Source: Eledone cirrhosa | Taxonomy: Eukaryota | Reading direction: 5' to 3' | Assembly (NCBI GenBank): GCA_964016885.1 | Contig: OZ024741.1 | Coordinates: 160,642,001-160,706,000, forward strand | DNA: 64,000 nt | Part shown: positions 51,547 through 63,573 of the stretch, one piece after another | How positions within the stretch are numbered: position 1 is the stretch's first letter | Layout: the number at the start of each line of letters is the position of its first letter | Program-made: the position numbers and the translations under genes | The notes under the pieces: generated by a model | Seen by the model: the letters and a program-made list of their open reading frames with translations, nothing else | What the model was told of the DNA's origin: nothing | Databases searched by the model: none

Positions 51547-51697
51547 TTCAGTGAGATTGACATCAGTGAGCTGTAGCGGCCCAAACCTTCAACCTGGAAA
51601 AAAAGACGTCATGTTAGCTTATTATGAACATATCAAGGATGTATTAGAGTAATAGTTACGTAAGTCAACTGAAAAGAAACTTCTTGAGTGTACCTCA

Positions 51698-52360
51698 TGT
51701 ATATATAATATAAAAGAAAGATGTTTATTGGTTGGTTGGTTGAATAACACAAAAACTACACAGACAAATACATACACACACATCTAAAAAGAGAGAGACA
51801 CACAGAGAGAGGCAGAAAGAGAGAGATAGGCCGTTATACAGAGAGAGATACAATTAAAGTGTTAGATATTCAGAGAGAGAGAGTGACGTCCCACAAAAAT
51901 ATCAGTTGAAGATTTAACAATATTGCATTAGCTTTTATAAAGTAGTTTTACAGTCTTTGATTTTACAGAACAAAAGAAAATTGATACTATTTGAAAATAA
52001 TCTATCTCCCAGCTTTTATCCGTATACTACTTACAGACCGTACTAAAGAAGTAACACTTCAGCAGCAATGTTGTGCGGTATATTACTGTGTTTCAGATGA
52101 CGTCCTTTGGAGCTGAAAAAGATCATACTGATTATGGTTATTTCACAACATTTAAAATCCAAGGCCAATGCTACCATTTAATCGGCAGTTTACTCCCTCA
52201 GCCTAATAAGGAAGTTTTATGATTGTTTTTTTTTTATGTCGCTATCACACACACATTACTGTCTCACCTCATACCAGACAACACATCCAATACAGTAGTT
52301 TTCTCTTTTATCCGTCTTCTCTTAACCGTTCTCCCGAGTGAAGCCAGGTACCTCAGCTAG
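51698..52360 (+). mobile_element. Non-autonomous Helitron
   Basis: 5' a|tgtatatataatataaaag (TC mutated), 3' cccgagtgaagccaggtacctcagCTAG|T. Confidence 0.7.
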
Positions 52361-52390
52361 TATAAATATATACATATATATACATATATC

Positions 52391-52425
<35 letters not shown>

Positions 52426-52589
52426 TCATCATTATCATCATCATCATCTTCCACGCTAACATGGGTTAGACGGGAGTTGTCCCAATTTGATGCAAGGCTG
52501 GTCGGGTGACCGTGTCAAAAAAGATGAAGGAATCTAATGATTTATCGACAGGTTTCATATATTAATAAAATTAATTAATTAATTATATA

Positions 52590-53997
52590 CTACATTTTAA
52601 ATTTATATTTATATTTAAACGTTGAGTTTAATCTATGTCTGCAGCAACTGAATAAATTATTCCTTAAGTTCAGGGAATTTTTGGTCTTTAATATAAAGAA
52701 TATTTCCTCTATACAAAGATCGCAATTTTCTGAAGAGGAGTTAAAAGGAGTAGCTTCTGAAATAATATTCCAAATCAACGAATATTCAACGTTCTTTAGT
52801 TTTAGGTCCCATAATAGGCTAGATAGAGAAGTTGAAGATTTTTTGTTTGGATCTGTAAAAGAATTTTTATGATTATTGAAGTGGGATTTAAACTCTGTGG
52901 AAGTAGATCCCACATAATTAAATGAATTTAAATTAGTTTTTACATTACAATTATATACTACATTTTTAGCTAAGCAATTGTTATTTAACGGACAGTTAGA
53001 TTTATTTCTACAGTTACATTTATCAGACTGAATATTGCTTGGGTTATTATTGGTATTTTGGTTAGGTTTTAAATTTCTATTATTAATTCTATTAATATTT
53101 TGCGCTAAATTTTTGGTGGAAGAATAAGTTAATTTTATAGTATGTCTATTAAAAATTGAGTAATATCTATGTGTTCTAGGGAAGCATTTGTCAAGAGCTT
53201 TAAAAAATAGTTTAGCAATAGGGGTTTTAATATTTAATGAGAAAGGAGGAGCGAACCATAATATGTTCCTAGTTCTATTTCTTTTTCGGTTTTCGGAATT
53301 AATGTAAGGTTTTCTATTATAGTTGTTAAAATTGTTACCATAGTTAAAATTGTTACGATTATGGTTAGTTATTATTATTATCGATGTATTTAATTTTATT
53401 TCTATACCCAGCTCTACCTTACGCTTCGTTGTAATAATGTGCTTTTTCATCAAATATATTCTTATTAGCTGAAATTCTCGAAATTCGTTCTTGTACAGAG
53501 TTCACTATAGTATTTTTAATGGATCTGGGGTGATTAGAGTTAAAATTGACGTAATTTAAGTTCTCATTTAGTTTGTGAAATGGATAATGAAGACATGTGT
53601 TAAGGTTTAGTGTTACATCTAGAAAAATGACTATTTTATGGTTATTCTCTATTTCTACTTTTAGATTAAGGTAATTAAAAAATTGTATAATTTGTTTTCT
53701 TTTTCTATTTAGTTCACAGTTATTATTTTCTATAAGTAAAAGCATGTCGTCACGATATAAACCTCCAGTTATCTCAGGTATTTTTCTATGTAGAGAATTA
53801 ATTATAAATAGGCCCACAAGATCCGTTACCTGAGCGGAATCGGAAGATCCCATAGTTATGTCGAAATTATTATTTCTATCTGCCCTAGTCCAGAGTTGAT
53901 TATTAAATTCTATTAATGTTTTCCGTGCCGATAATATAATGTGCATTTCATTGCTAGTTATGTCTGTATGTTTAAATGCGTAAGTTAGTGCCTTATT
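52590..53997 (-). mobile_element. Penelope-like element, 5' truncated (RT + GIY-YIG), frameshifted
   Basis: FDITMGS.DSAQVTDLVG, GLYRDD, FLDVTL, SNHP; CNCR..CPL..NVVY..YVGST..CDLCIEE. Confidence 0.9.
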
Positions 53998-54003
53998 CAG
54001 TAG

Positions 54004-54068
<65 letters not shown>

Positions 54069-54268
54069 TTTTACAAAACGTTTTTTTTCCATTTCAGGTA
54101 GACGCGCGTCATCATCCACTTTTCTAAAAAAACATATCATACACAAAACGCCAGCACCAACAGTTTTGCACGAGATGTCAACATGAATGGACCTATTATT
54201 TTTATCTAAAGACATTTTTTTCAAATTCCATCCCGCCCATCCCCTTAATCTATTTTTTTCTCATTTTT

Positions 54269-54304
54269 TCTTCTGATGAAGGACTAGCGTCCTAAACGTT
54301 AAGA
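54269..54304 (+). ncRNA. Minimal hammerhead-like motif (G12 variant)
   Basis: UCUU CUGAUGA AGGAC UAGC GUCCU AAA CG UU AAGA. Confidence 0.5.
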
Positions 54305-54404
54305 CGCTCTTCCTGCTATATCAAGCGTTAACCTAATATATACCTTCCATATACTGTACCGATTGTGTTGTTATTTCTGTTTATCTTTTACATACATACA
54401 TATA

Positions 54405-54835
54405 TCATCATCATCATCATCATCATCATCGTTTAACGTCCATCTTCCGCGCTAGCATGGGTTTAGACGGGAATTGTCCCACTTGTATAGGACTCTCTGG
54501 CAGGTTTTCTACGGCTGGATGCCCTTCCTAACACCAACCACGTTTACAGTGTGGACTGGGAGGTTTTTACCGTGTTACCTACATGGCCACATTACAGCGT
54601 GGACTGTGTGTTTTTTTGTCGTGACACCTACACGACCTCATTTATTTAGGACTGGATGTTGTGGTACCAACATAGCTTTACATCGAAAGGGGTGGTGTAG
54701 ATGGCGGTGGGTATGGGTAGTGGAACGGGGATGTATTTTGGTTAAGAGGTGCCTACTGTCTGTAGGCTTCGCTTTGTACTTAGGCAAGGCGGGTCTTCTG
54801 TATTACTGCGTAGCGCCAAAGATCTCGGTCCAGTG
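54405..54835 (-). mobile_element. RTE 3'-end fragment with (TGA)n tail
   Basis: Similar to 55629-56075. Confidence 0.8.
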
Positions 54836-55209
54836 ACAAATATAAACACACACAGACACCCGGATGTAACACATGTGCAAACTAAGCGCACAACAAAAAC
54901 AAGATGGCGTAGGACAGAACAAAGAAGAGGCACAAAAACAAAGAAAAGAATCCCCAGTCACTGAAGAGGTCACAGAATGTGTGACGAAAGAACTTTGACA
55001 ATATATGAACAATCGTCTGGTTGTGGAACCAACCAACCAACCGGAAATTTATAAATTCCTAAATTTATAAATTTAATTTATAATAAATTGAAGTGAAAGC
55101 AACTGGTGCGTGTGTTTCTTATTGGCAACATGACCCTCCCAGAGCATGACAATATCGGTTTTAACACACGTTTTCAGATAAAGAATCTTGCTAAACAAAT
55201 TCAGAAACG

Positions 55210-55241
<32 letters not shown>

Positions 55242-55244
<3 letters not shown>

Positions 55245-55481
55245 TGGTATGGACATGTGATGCGCATGGAGGATGACCGATGGCTGAAGAAGTGCCAGGA
55301 AATACCAGTTCAAGGAAGACGTGGTAGAGGTAGACCACGAAAACCCTGGGCGGAGGTGCTGAGACAGACCTCAGATCGTTGAAGCTCGCGGTGGAGATGA
55401 CGAAGGACGGTGACGAGTGGAGAGATGCTGTGCTGAATAAGACCCGTCCCACCCTTGCAAGCAGGGAAGAGCGGACGTAAA

Positions 55482-55525
<44 letters not shown>
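55242..55525 (+). mobile_element. RTE 3' fragment with (ATG)n tail
   Basis: RWYGHVMRMEDDRW..GRGRPRK; same family as 60456-62675. Confidence 0.85.
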
Positions 55526-55628
55526 ATATATATATATATATATATACATGGGAAAGATGTGTATGCCCATGTATGTGTATATTTGTAAGAATATATTAGA
55601 TGTGAGTGCATTTGTGTCTGTATATATA

Positions 55629-58600
55629 TCATCATCATCATCATCAACGTTTAACGTCCGTGTTCCACGCTTGCATGGGTTTGGACGGAGGTTTTCCCAC
55701 TTGAGGCAAGAGTGATTGTCTTGCTCGCATAGGACTGTCTGGCGGGTTTTCTACAGCTGGATGCCCTTCCTAACACCAACCACATTTACAGTGTGGGGCT
55801 GGGAGGTTTTTACCGTGTTGCCTACACGGCCACATTACAGCGTGGACTGTGTGTTTTTTTGTCGTGACACCTACACGATCTCATTTGTTTCGGCCTGGAT
55901 GTTGTGGGACCAACATAACTTTACATTGAAAGGGGCGGTGCGGATGGGGTGGGGGTGGTGGGACGGGGTGTATTTTGTTAGAGATGCCTACTGACTGTAG
56001 TAGGTTTTACTTTGTATTTAGGTAAGGCGGGTCTTCTCTATTACTGAGTACCGCCAAAGGTCTCGGTCCAGTGACATTGTCTTGGAGAGGTGTAAGTGTG
56101 TGAGGTCGGAATTTATCAGCTCGTCCCAGGTTTTTCTGGGTCTGCCTACTCCGTAGCTACCGTCTATCTTTATTGCCCTGCACTTTGTTATACAGATGTC
56201 GTCTTTCATGCGCATCACGTGACCATACCAACGTAGCCTTCTCTCGAGTAAACAACATCTGATCCCTCTTATTTCTTATGCTTTGCCGTTCACGTATGTT
56301 ACTATTACACATCCAGCGGAGCATGCAAGCTTCGTTCCTCTCTAGTCTGCGTATATCCTCTGCACACAATGCCCAGGTCTCACTGCCATGCAACATTGCT
56401 GTTCGTATGCAGGCATCATACAACCTGCCTTTCATTTTTAGGGAGAACCCTTTAGTGGCTAATAGTGGTATAAGCTCTCTGAACTTTTTCCATCCAGTTC
56501 TGACTCTAGCTACTGTACTTTCAGAGCACCCTCCCCCACTGCTGATTTTGTCACCCAGGTAACGGAAGCTGTCCACTATTTCTATAGAACCCTCTGCGCA
56601 ATTGAAAGAGCTAGTATTTTGTGGGCACTTGCTGCTATTTATTGCACCAGAGCACCGGCCACATGTAAAATCTATGTTCTTAGTTAGCTTACTTGTGATC
56701 CCACTACATCTTTTATGCACCCATACTTTGCATTTGGGACATAAAATGGAGTTTCTACCTACGTCTTTCCTACACACTGAGCATGGCCATTTCGCGGAAG
56801 GGACCGTCGCCTTATTTTCTTTCCTACAAACTAGAACTTTAGTCTTAGCCAGGTTAATTTTAAGGCCTTTTGATTCTAGGCCGTGCTTCCATGTTTGGAA
56901 TTTCTTCTCTAGCTCGGCCATTGATTCAGCTATGGGCGTTAGATCATCTGCGTATAGGAGTTCCCATGGGCAGCCGGTCTTGAACTCCACTGTTATAGCC
57001 TGAAGGGCAATAATAAATAGTAGGGGGCTAAGAACAGAGCCCTGATGAACACCAACTTTTACACTAAACTCTTCACTATATTCGTTGTTAATTCTAACCT
57101 TGCTGGCTGTTTCTTTATACATGGCTTGTATAGCTCTCACAAGCCATTCGTCAACACCTAGTTTTCTAAGAGCCCACCAGATAATGGAACGGGGGACTCT
57201 GTCGAAGGCTTTCTCCAAGTCGACGAAAGCTAAGTATAGGGGTTTACTTTTAGCTAGGTACTTCTCCTGTAGTTGTCGTACAATGAAAAGAGCGTCTGTG
57301 GTACTTTTGCCTGACACAAAACCGAACTGCATTTCATCTAGATCAATTCTCTCTCTGATTAGTTGCGCTATAACTTTTTCCGTGACCTTCATGACCTGGT
57401 CGATTAATTTAATGACTCTATAGTTACTCCTATCTAGGGCATCTTCTTTACCCTTGTAACAGTTAATGATGATGCTGCTACGCCAGTCCTTCGGAACAAC
57501 CCCATTCTGTATGACTTGGTTTACTATCCGGGTGACCATGATGTGTCCCACCGTTCCAGAGGCTTTCAGCATCTCAGCAACTATTTCCGAAGGCCCAGCC
57601 ACCTTACCCATCTTCATATCTTTGATTGCCTTACTTATTATACTACCTTCGACTAACACTGCCGGCCCCTCTATTGGGTCGATGTGGGGGAGACCGTCTT
57701 TCTCCCATTTATTCTCCTCATTTAGAAGCCTTTCGTAGTGACACTTCCAAGCAACCTTCTTATCAGCGTCAGTGATGGCAAGTACACCATCATCATTAAG
57801 TACACACTTCTCCCCGACAATATCACGGTTTTCCTTGACACATTGCCTAGCAATCCTGAACACCTCACGTTTTTGGTCCTCGCGTTGTAGAACATGCTTG
57901 AACTTTCTTTCCTCGGCTTCCCTTCTTGCGAAGTACACTTGTCTCCTAGCTTCCCTCCTGGCCACTTGATAGTCTTCTCTACTTCCCCCATCCCGCCATA
58001 CTTTCCAAGCCTGCTTTTTGGCCTTAATTGACTCCTCCACCTTACTGTTACACCACCATGTTACTTTCCTTCTACCTACAGGCCTGCTCCAGCCACAGAC
58101 TTCGTCTGCCGCCGTCAGCAGGTTTGCTTTCAGGAATTCCCACTGTTCCTCTATATTATCTGACTCTAATTGCTCTTCCTTACTGTCGAAAGCATCAAGT
58201 AACATGCTTTGAAATTTATTTCTGGCTGTGGGGTCCTTTAGCTTCCATATTTTTCTCCTGAGGATAGTCCTCTTCTGCTGTCTAGTACGTCTCGTCCTGA
58301 CTATGAGGTCGCTAATTAGCAGTCTATGTTGGGAGGTGCATTCTTCATGGGGGAGGGATTTAGTGTTTACAACAGACACTCTGTCACGTCTTCTGGTAAG
58401 GATATAATCTACCTGGCTGGTATGTTCCCCCGATCTGTAGGTGATCAAGTGATTGTCTCGTTTTTTGAAGTTAGTGTTACAGATAGTTAGGTTATTTGCA
58501 TCACAGAATTCCAGGATTCTGGAGCCTTCCTCATTTCTAGTACCAAACCCATAGCCTCCGTGGATTCCGTCATAGCCGTCACAATGTTGACCAACGTGGC

Positions 58601-59538
58601 CATTTAGGTCGCCAGCAATAATTATATAGTCACTGTCGGTTATTTGGGAGGTAGTGAGCATCAGTGTCTCATAGAATCTGTCTTTTATAGCGCCAGGCAG
58701 TCCGGATTGGGGCGCGTGTGCCGATATTACAGTCACAGTAGTTCTATTTAGAACAAGTCTTATTTTAATTATTCTGTCATTTACTCTATTTACATCTATT
58801 ATCTTATCCACCCATTTTTCTGCTAACATGATTCCTACCCCACCTATCCCATTGTCATTTCCCACCCAGAAGAGCTTATAGCAACGTTTTTTACCCACAA
58901 TGAATCTAGCAGACCCGCCCCTCCACCTGGTCTCTTGGATACAGCAAACATCAACCTCCTTACGTTCAAGCATTTCTACAACCTCGTTAGAGCGGCCTTT
59001 TAAGGTGCCTACATTTATGGTACCAACTCTGAAGTTTTGGATTGTGTTTGGAGGATGGGGCACAGGGATGGGTGAGGGGGATGGGGTTGAGGTTATGTTG
59101 GCCATCCGCGGCCGAAACAAAGAGGAGGGGGACTTGCCCTTTCGTCCGGCAGCATGAGGTGAATTTGTCGTTATCTTTGGCATTGTCATCGAGTGTCCAG
59201 ATTCTTCAGACTCTCCAGAAATTCCTTAGTCCATCCATCATATCGAAAAGCAGCCAGAAGTGTTAGCATAGGCTGTTGACTTGTGATTGGTCTAAATAAT
59301 AAGGTGGAGAGTGGGGGCGGTAGTGAGGGGTATGGGGTAGTTAGCAAAGTGGGGTAGTTAAAAATACAAGAAGATTATTTAGAAACAACCAGACAGAATT
59401 ATAGAATAGCATTGAGAGAGAGAGCAAAGATTGGATTTTGGGCGATATACGGATATATGAATGAATGGACCGATAGCAAAGAGAAGATTATTTAGAACAA
59501 TATGAATGAATGAACCGATAGGCTGGAGAGAGATAAGA

Positions 59539-59540
<2 letters not shown>
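55629..59540 (-). mobile_element. Near full-length RTE-clade LINE
   Basis: Single long APE+RT ORF, 3' UTR and (TGA)n tail. Confidence 0.9.
56157..59189 (-). CDS. RTE ORF: AP endonuclease + RT with PHD-like finger; frameshift near the C-terminus (continues 56218-56018)
   Basis: GTINVGTL, IQETRW, AGDLNGH, SQH, DLEKAFD, HQGSVLSP, YADD, CSVC..CPKC..HKRC..CGRC. Confidence 0.88.
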   Translation of the reverse strand: MTMPKITTNSPHAAGRKGKSPSSLFRPRMANITSTPSPSPIPVPHPPNTIQNFRVGTINVGTLKGRSNEVVEMLERKEVDVCCIQETRWRGGSARFIVGKKRCYKLFWVGNDNGIGGVGIMLAEKWVDKIIDVNRVNDRIIKIRLVLNRTTVTVISAHAPQSGLPGAIKDRFYETLMLTTSQITDSDYIIIAGDLNGHVGQHCDGYDGIHGGYGFGTRNEEGSRILEFCDANNLTICNTNFKKRDNHLITYRSGEHTSQVDYILTRRRDRVSVVNTKSLPHEECTSQHRLLISDLIVRTRRTRQQKRTILRRKIWKLKDPTARNKFQSMLLDAFDSKEEQLESDNIEEQWEFLKANLLTAADEVCGWSRPVGRRKVTWWCNSKVEESIKAKKQAWKVWRDGGSREDYQVARREARRQVYFARREAEERKFKHVLQREDQKREVFRIARQCVKENRDIVGEKCVLNDDGVLAITDADKKVAWKCHYERLLNEENKWEKDGLPHIDPIEGPAVLVEGSIISKAIKDMKMGKVAGPSEIVAEMLKASGTVGHIMVTRIVNQVIQNGVVPKDWRSSIIINCYKGKEDALDRSNYRVIKLIDQVMKVTEKVIAQLIRERIDLDEMQFGFVSGKSTTDALFIVRQLQEKYLAKSKPLYLAFVDLEKAFDRVPRSIIWWALRKLGVDEWLVRAIQAMYKETASKVRINNEYSEEFSVKVGVHQGSVLSPLLFIIALQAITVEFKTGCPWELLYADDLTPIAESMAELEKKFQTWKHGLESKGLKINLAKTKVLVCRKENKATVPSAKWPCSVCRKDVGRNSILCPKCKVWVHKRCSGITSKLTKNIDFTCGRCSGAINSSKCPQNTSSFNCAEGSIEIVDSFRYLGDKISSGGGCSESTVARVRTGWKKFRELIPLLATKGFSLKMKGRLYDACIRTAMLHGSETWALCAEDIRRLERNEACMLRWMCNSNIRERQSIRNKRDQMLFTREKATLVWSRDAHERRHLYNKVQGNKDRR

Positions 59541-59626
<86 letters not shown>

Positions 59627-59983
59627 TGTTGATTGCAGAATTAGTTATATAAGATAACAGGATCCCAGTGAACTCAAACAGAGGACAAGTTTGATTCAGG
59701 GATGGCCTGCCAATTCGGTGTTATTGTAACAGCAAACCCTAAGCAAGATGGTTGGATAACATCCATGAGTACGGTTGGTCTCACTTGGGGATCCAGTCAG
59801 ATCAGATAGAGACGGTTGCTTCAGACAGGACCCTCTGGAAGGAGTGAAATGTCTATCTCCAGACGCTAAACTCTGCCAGTTGCAAACTGCGCATCAACAT
59901 GAGATATTTTTCTCCACAAAGTTCGATCACCAACAGCAGAGTTTAAAGAGTAAAGGTCAAGTCCAGTACATAAGTTGACATTA

Positions 59984-60394
59984 TCAAGCTATCGTTTTGC
60001 TTCTCTTACCTGCCAACTTTCCTTCTAGGCATAACTTACTCACACCACGAGTTGATCTTTTGATATGACCGTACAGTTTAAGCACTCTTGATCTGACAAC
60101 TGATATGATTGGTCTAAGCCTGGTGATGTTGAGCAGCTCACTGATATAGATATGGTCGCTGAGCCGCTTGCCAGTCATAAGTCTCATGATGTGGTTCTGG
60201 AATGTAGAAAGCTTCTGAAGTGACCTTGTCGTCCAATTAACACAACCAAGACTATATAACACAACTGGTAAGATGTAAGTATCAAATATCTTAGCCTTCA
60301 AATGAGAGGAAACTCGTTTTGATGTTAGTACTTCCTTGTTCCTGTTGAAAGCTGCCCAACCTAGACCGATGCGATACCGCACAGCGAAATGCAC
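59984..60394 (-). mobile_element. Another non-LTR RT C-terminal fragment
   Basis: RIGLGWAAF..KAKIFDTYILPVVLY..LKLYGHIKR..EGKLAGKR. Confidence 0.7.
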
Positions 60395-60455
60395 ATTATG
60401 GATTTTAGTAAACCAAAACCAAATGAATATGGCCTCAGACTTTTTTATTGATATA

Positions 60456-62675
60456 TCATCATCATCATTTTACGTCCGCTCTTCCCTGCTTGCAAGGGTG
60501 GGACGGGTCTTATTCAGCACAGCATCTCTCCACTCGTCACAGTCCTTCGTCATCTCCACCGTGAGCTTCAGCGATCTGAGGTCTGTTCTCACCACCTCCG
60601 CCCATGTTTTTCGTGGTCTACCTCTACCACGTCTTCCTTCAACTGGCATTTCCTGGCACTTCTTCACCCATCGGTCATCTTCCATGCGCATCACAGGTCC
60701 ATACCACCTCAGTCTCCTCTATCGCACACTACATTCTATCCCTCTCAGAGACAGTTTCTCTCTCAACACATTCATGCTGGATCGTTCACGCACATTTACA
60801 CTGCACATCCAACGGAACATGCTTGCCTCATTTCTCTCCAGCCGTCGCATATCCTCTGCAGTTGCTGCCCATGTCTCACTACCATGCAGCATCGCGCTCC
60901 TCACACAGGCATCATATAACCAGCCTTTCGTACGCAGGGAGAAACCCTTCTTCATCAGCAGAGGAAGCAGCTCCCTAAACTTCTTCCAACTCGACCTTAT
61001 TCTAGATACTATGCCCTCGGAACACCCCCTCCCATGCTAATCTGATCTCCTAGGTACCGGAATCTACCCACCACTTCTATAGCACCCGCCTGCATTTGAA
61101 AAATGTGTCTATCAATGCGACTTTTACTGTCTAATTTCCCTGTACATCTACTGCATACGTATTTCTCCCTACCTGTTAGTTTGACTGCTATCCCGCTACA
61201 TCTCTTGTGAAACCAGGATCTGCATTGTGTGCATTTTATAGAATTTATGCCAGTTCCTTTTCTGCATATCGAACATGGCCATTTCCCTGACGGAATCAGA
61301 GTTTTGTCCTCTTTTCTACTCATCAACAATTTTGTCTTAGCTAGGTTCACTCTCAGTCCTCTTGCTTCCAACTGCTGTTTCCATAGCCAGAATTTATTCT
61401 CTAGCTCCTCAACTGATTCTGCTATAAGAACCAGATCGTCAGCATAGAAAAGTTCCCATGGACAGCCAGTCTTAAACTCCTCTGTTATTGCTTGGAGGAC
61501 TATAATAAACAAGAGCGGGCTGAGAACCGAACCTTGATGTACTCCTACTTGTATCTGGAATTCATCACTAAACTCAATTCCTACCCTGACTTTACTGACA
61601 GTACCTCTGTACAAAGTTTGCACTGTCCTCAAAAGCCATTCCTCAACACCTAGTTTCCTTAGGGACCACCAGATGACAGATCGGGGTACCTTATCAAAGG
61701 CCTTCTCTAGGTCAACAAAGGCTAAATATAGTGGCTTATTTTTCTCTAAGAACCTCTCTTGCAATTGTCTCACTAAGAATAGGGCATCTGTTGTACTCTT
61801 CCCAGGCACAAAACCAAACTGCATCTCATCTAGTTTGACCCTTTCTCTAATTAGTTGTGCTAATATCCTTTCTGCCACTTTCATAACCTGATCCATCAGT
61901 TTTATACCCCTATAATTGCTCCTCTCCAGAGCATCCCCTTTACCTTTGTAGCAATTTATGAGAATACTGCTGCACCAGTCTTTGGGTATGACACCACCAT
62001 ATATAGCCTGATTGATGATGCGTGCAACCAGTTTAGTGCCTACGTCCCCTGATGCCTTCAGCATATCAGCAACTATCCCCGATGGTCCAGCAGCCTTACC
62101 ATTTTTCATTTCCTTAATCGCCTCTTGGACCCTATATTCGTCAATCTCAATAGCTGGTCCCTCTGTCGGATCTACTGAGGGTAATTTCTCTCTCTCCCAT
62201 TCGTTCTCCACATTCATCAGTCTCTCATAATGACATTTCCAGGCCTCCTTTTTCTGATCATTCATGACACTAAGTACACCGGCATCATCCCGGACACATT
62301 GATCTCCAACAACATCTTGATTTGCATTGACACACTCTCTTGCAATGTGGAACATCGCACGCCTCTGATCTTCCCGTTGCAGAACATTGGCAAACCTCCT
62401 ACTCTCAGCCTCCCTGCGTGCTAAGTACACCTGACGTCTAGCTTCTCTCTTAGCGGCTGTATATCCTTCCCTACTCCCACCCTTTTTCCAAGCCTTCCAT
62501 GCTAGTCTTTTGTCTCTAATGGACTTATCTACTGTGCTGTTCGACCACCAGGTCACTCTCTGTGGAGCTCTGCTCCAGCTACATGTTTCATCAGTAGCCT
62601 GCAGTAAGTTGTCACGTAAGAAATTCCAGTTATTATCTATGTCATACGTCTCTAAATCGTCTTCTTTTTCGTCAT
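60456..62675 (-). mobile_element. 5'-truncated RTE LINE (second subfamily), frameshifted
   Basis: ORF 61009-62691 with YADD and PHD-like finger; (TGA)n tail. Confidence 0.9.
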
Positions 62676-62901
62676 TTATATATATATACACAGTGAACCA
62701 CCAACATTTGCAGCCCTGGTTATTTGCAGAAGTTTCATTAGAACCTAAATAATAAAAACCACTGCATATTCACAGAATCATAAATATTTGCCACAATTTT
62801 TTTATGCCGTTGTTTTAATACCCTTGGCCGGAGATTGAAAAAAATGTTGTTATAGTGAAAAATTCATTATAATGGTATTCATTATAACCGAATTTTACCT
62901 G

Positions 62902-62977
<76 letters not shown>

Positions 62978-62978
<1 letters not shown>

Positions 62979-63541
62979 TTTTCTTTATTAACCACAAGGG
63001 TTTACATAAAGTAGACATTAAGGACAGTACAGGACAATACAGGACGGTATAAATGGGCATTTCTGCATGTAAAAAACAAAAACAGAGGATGTAACAAAAA
63101 AAATAACAATGAAAAATTCCCCAATACGGGGGAGACTTCCGAGGGACATTCGTGGAGAAAGCCCATTAAAAAGCCACAGTGACCCTGACCACCAGGGCAA
63201 GTGCCCTCTCCCAGTTTTCCACCTTTAATTTACAGACACATACTCAGAGTAGGCCCATTCACTCGGGCCATTCTTGCCTCTCTCACCCATCTTTCAACAA
63301 AATGCTGGGAAGAGAGCACTTCCCTCTCTACCCTGATTTTCCTTTTCAAATGAAATTTGAAAAAGTTAATCAGGGCATCACCGAAGAGGTAAGTGCTCGT
63401 CTTCAGCCCTTTCAAACGTGTCCACCATACTATCTCTTTCGCCATGGCAGATAAAAACTGCCTGCCCTTCCTGGCTAAAGAAAGAGGGCGGGGCAATCCT
63501 CACGATGGACTCAGCTGATAGCTGGATCCGTCCTACACGCG
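62978..63541 (-). mobile_element. 5'-truncated copy of the Tx1 family within a (TAA)n tract
   Basis: Matches the 3' ~0.57 kb of copies 1/2; (AAT)n on both sides. Confidence 0.92.
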
Positions 63542-63571
<30 letters not shown>

Positions 63572-63573
<2 letters not shown>

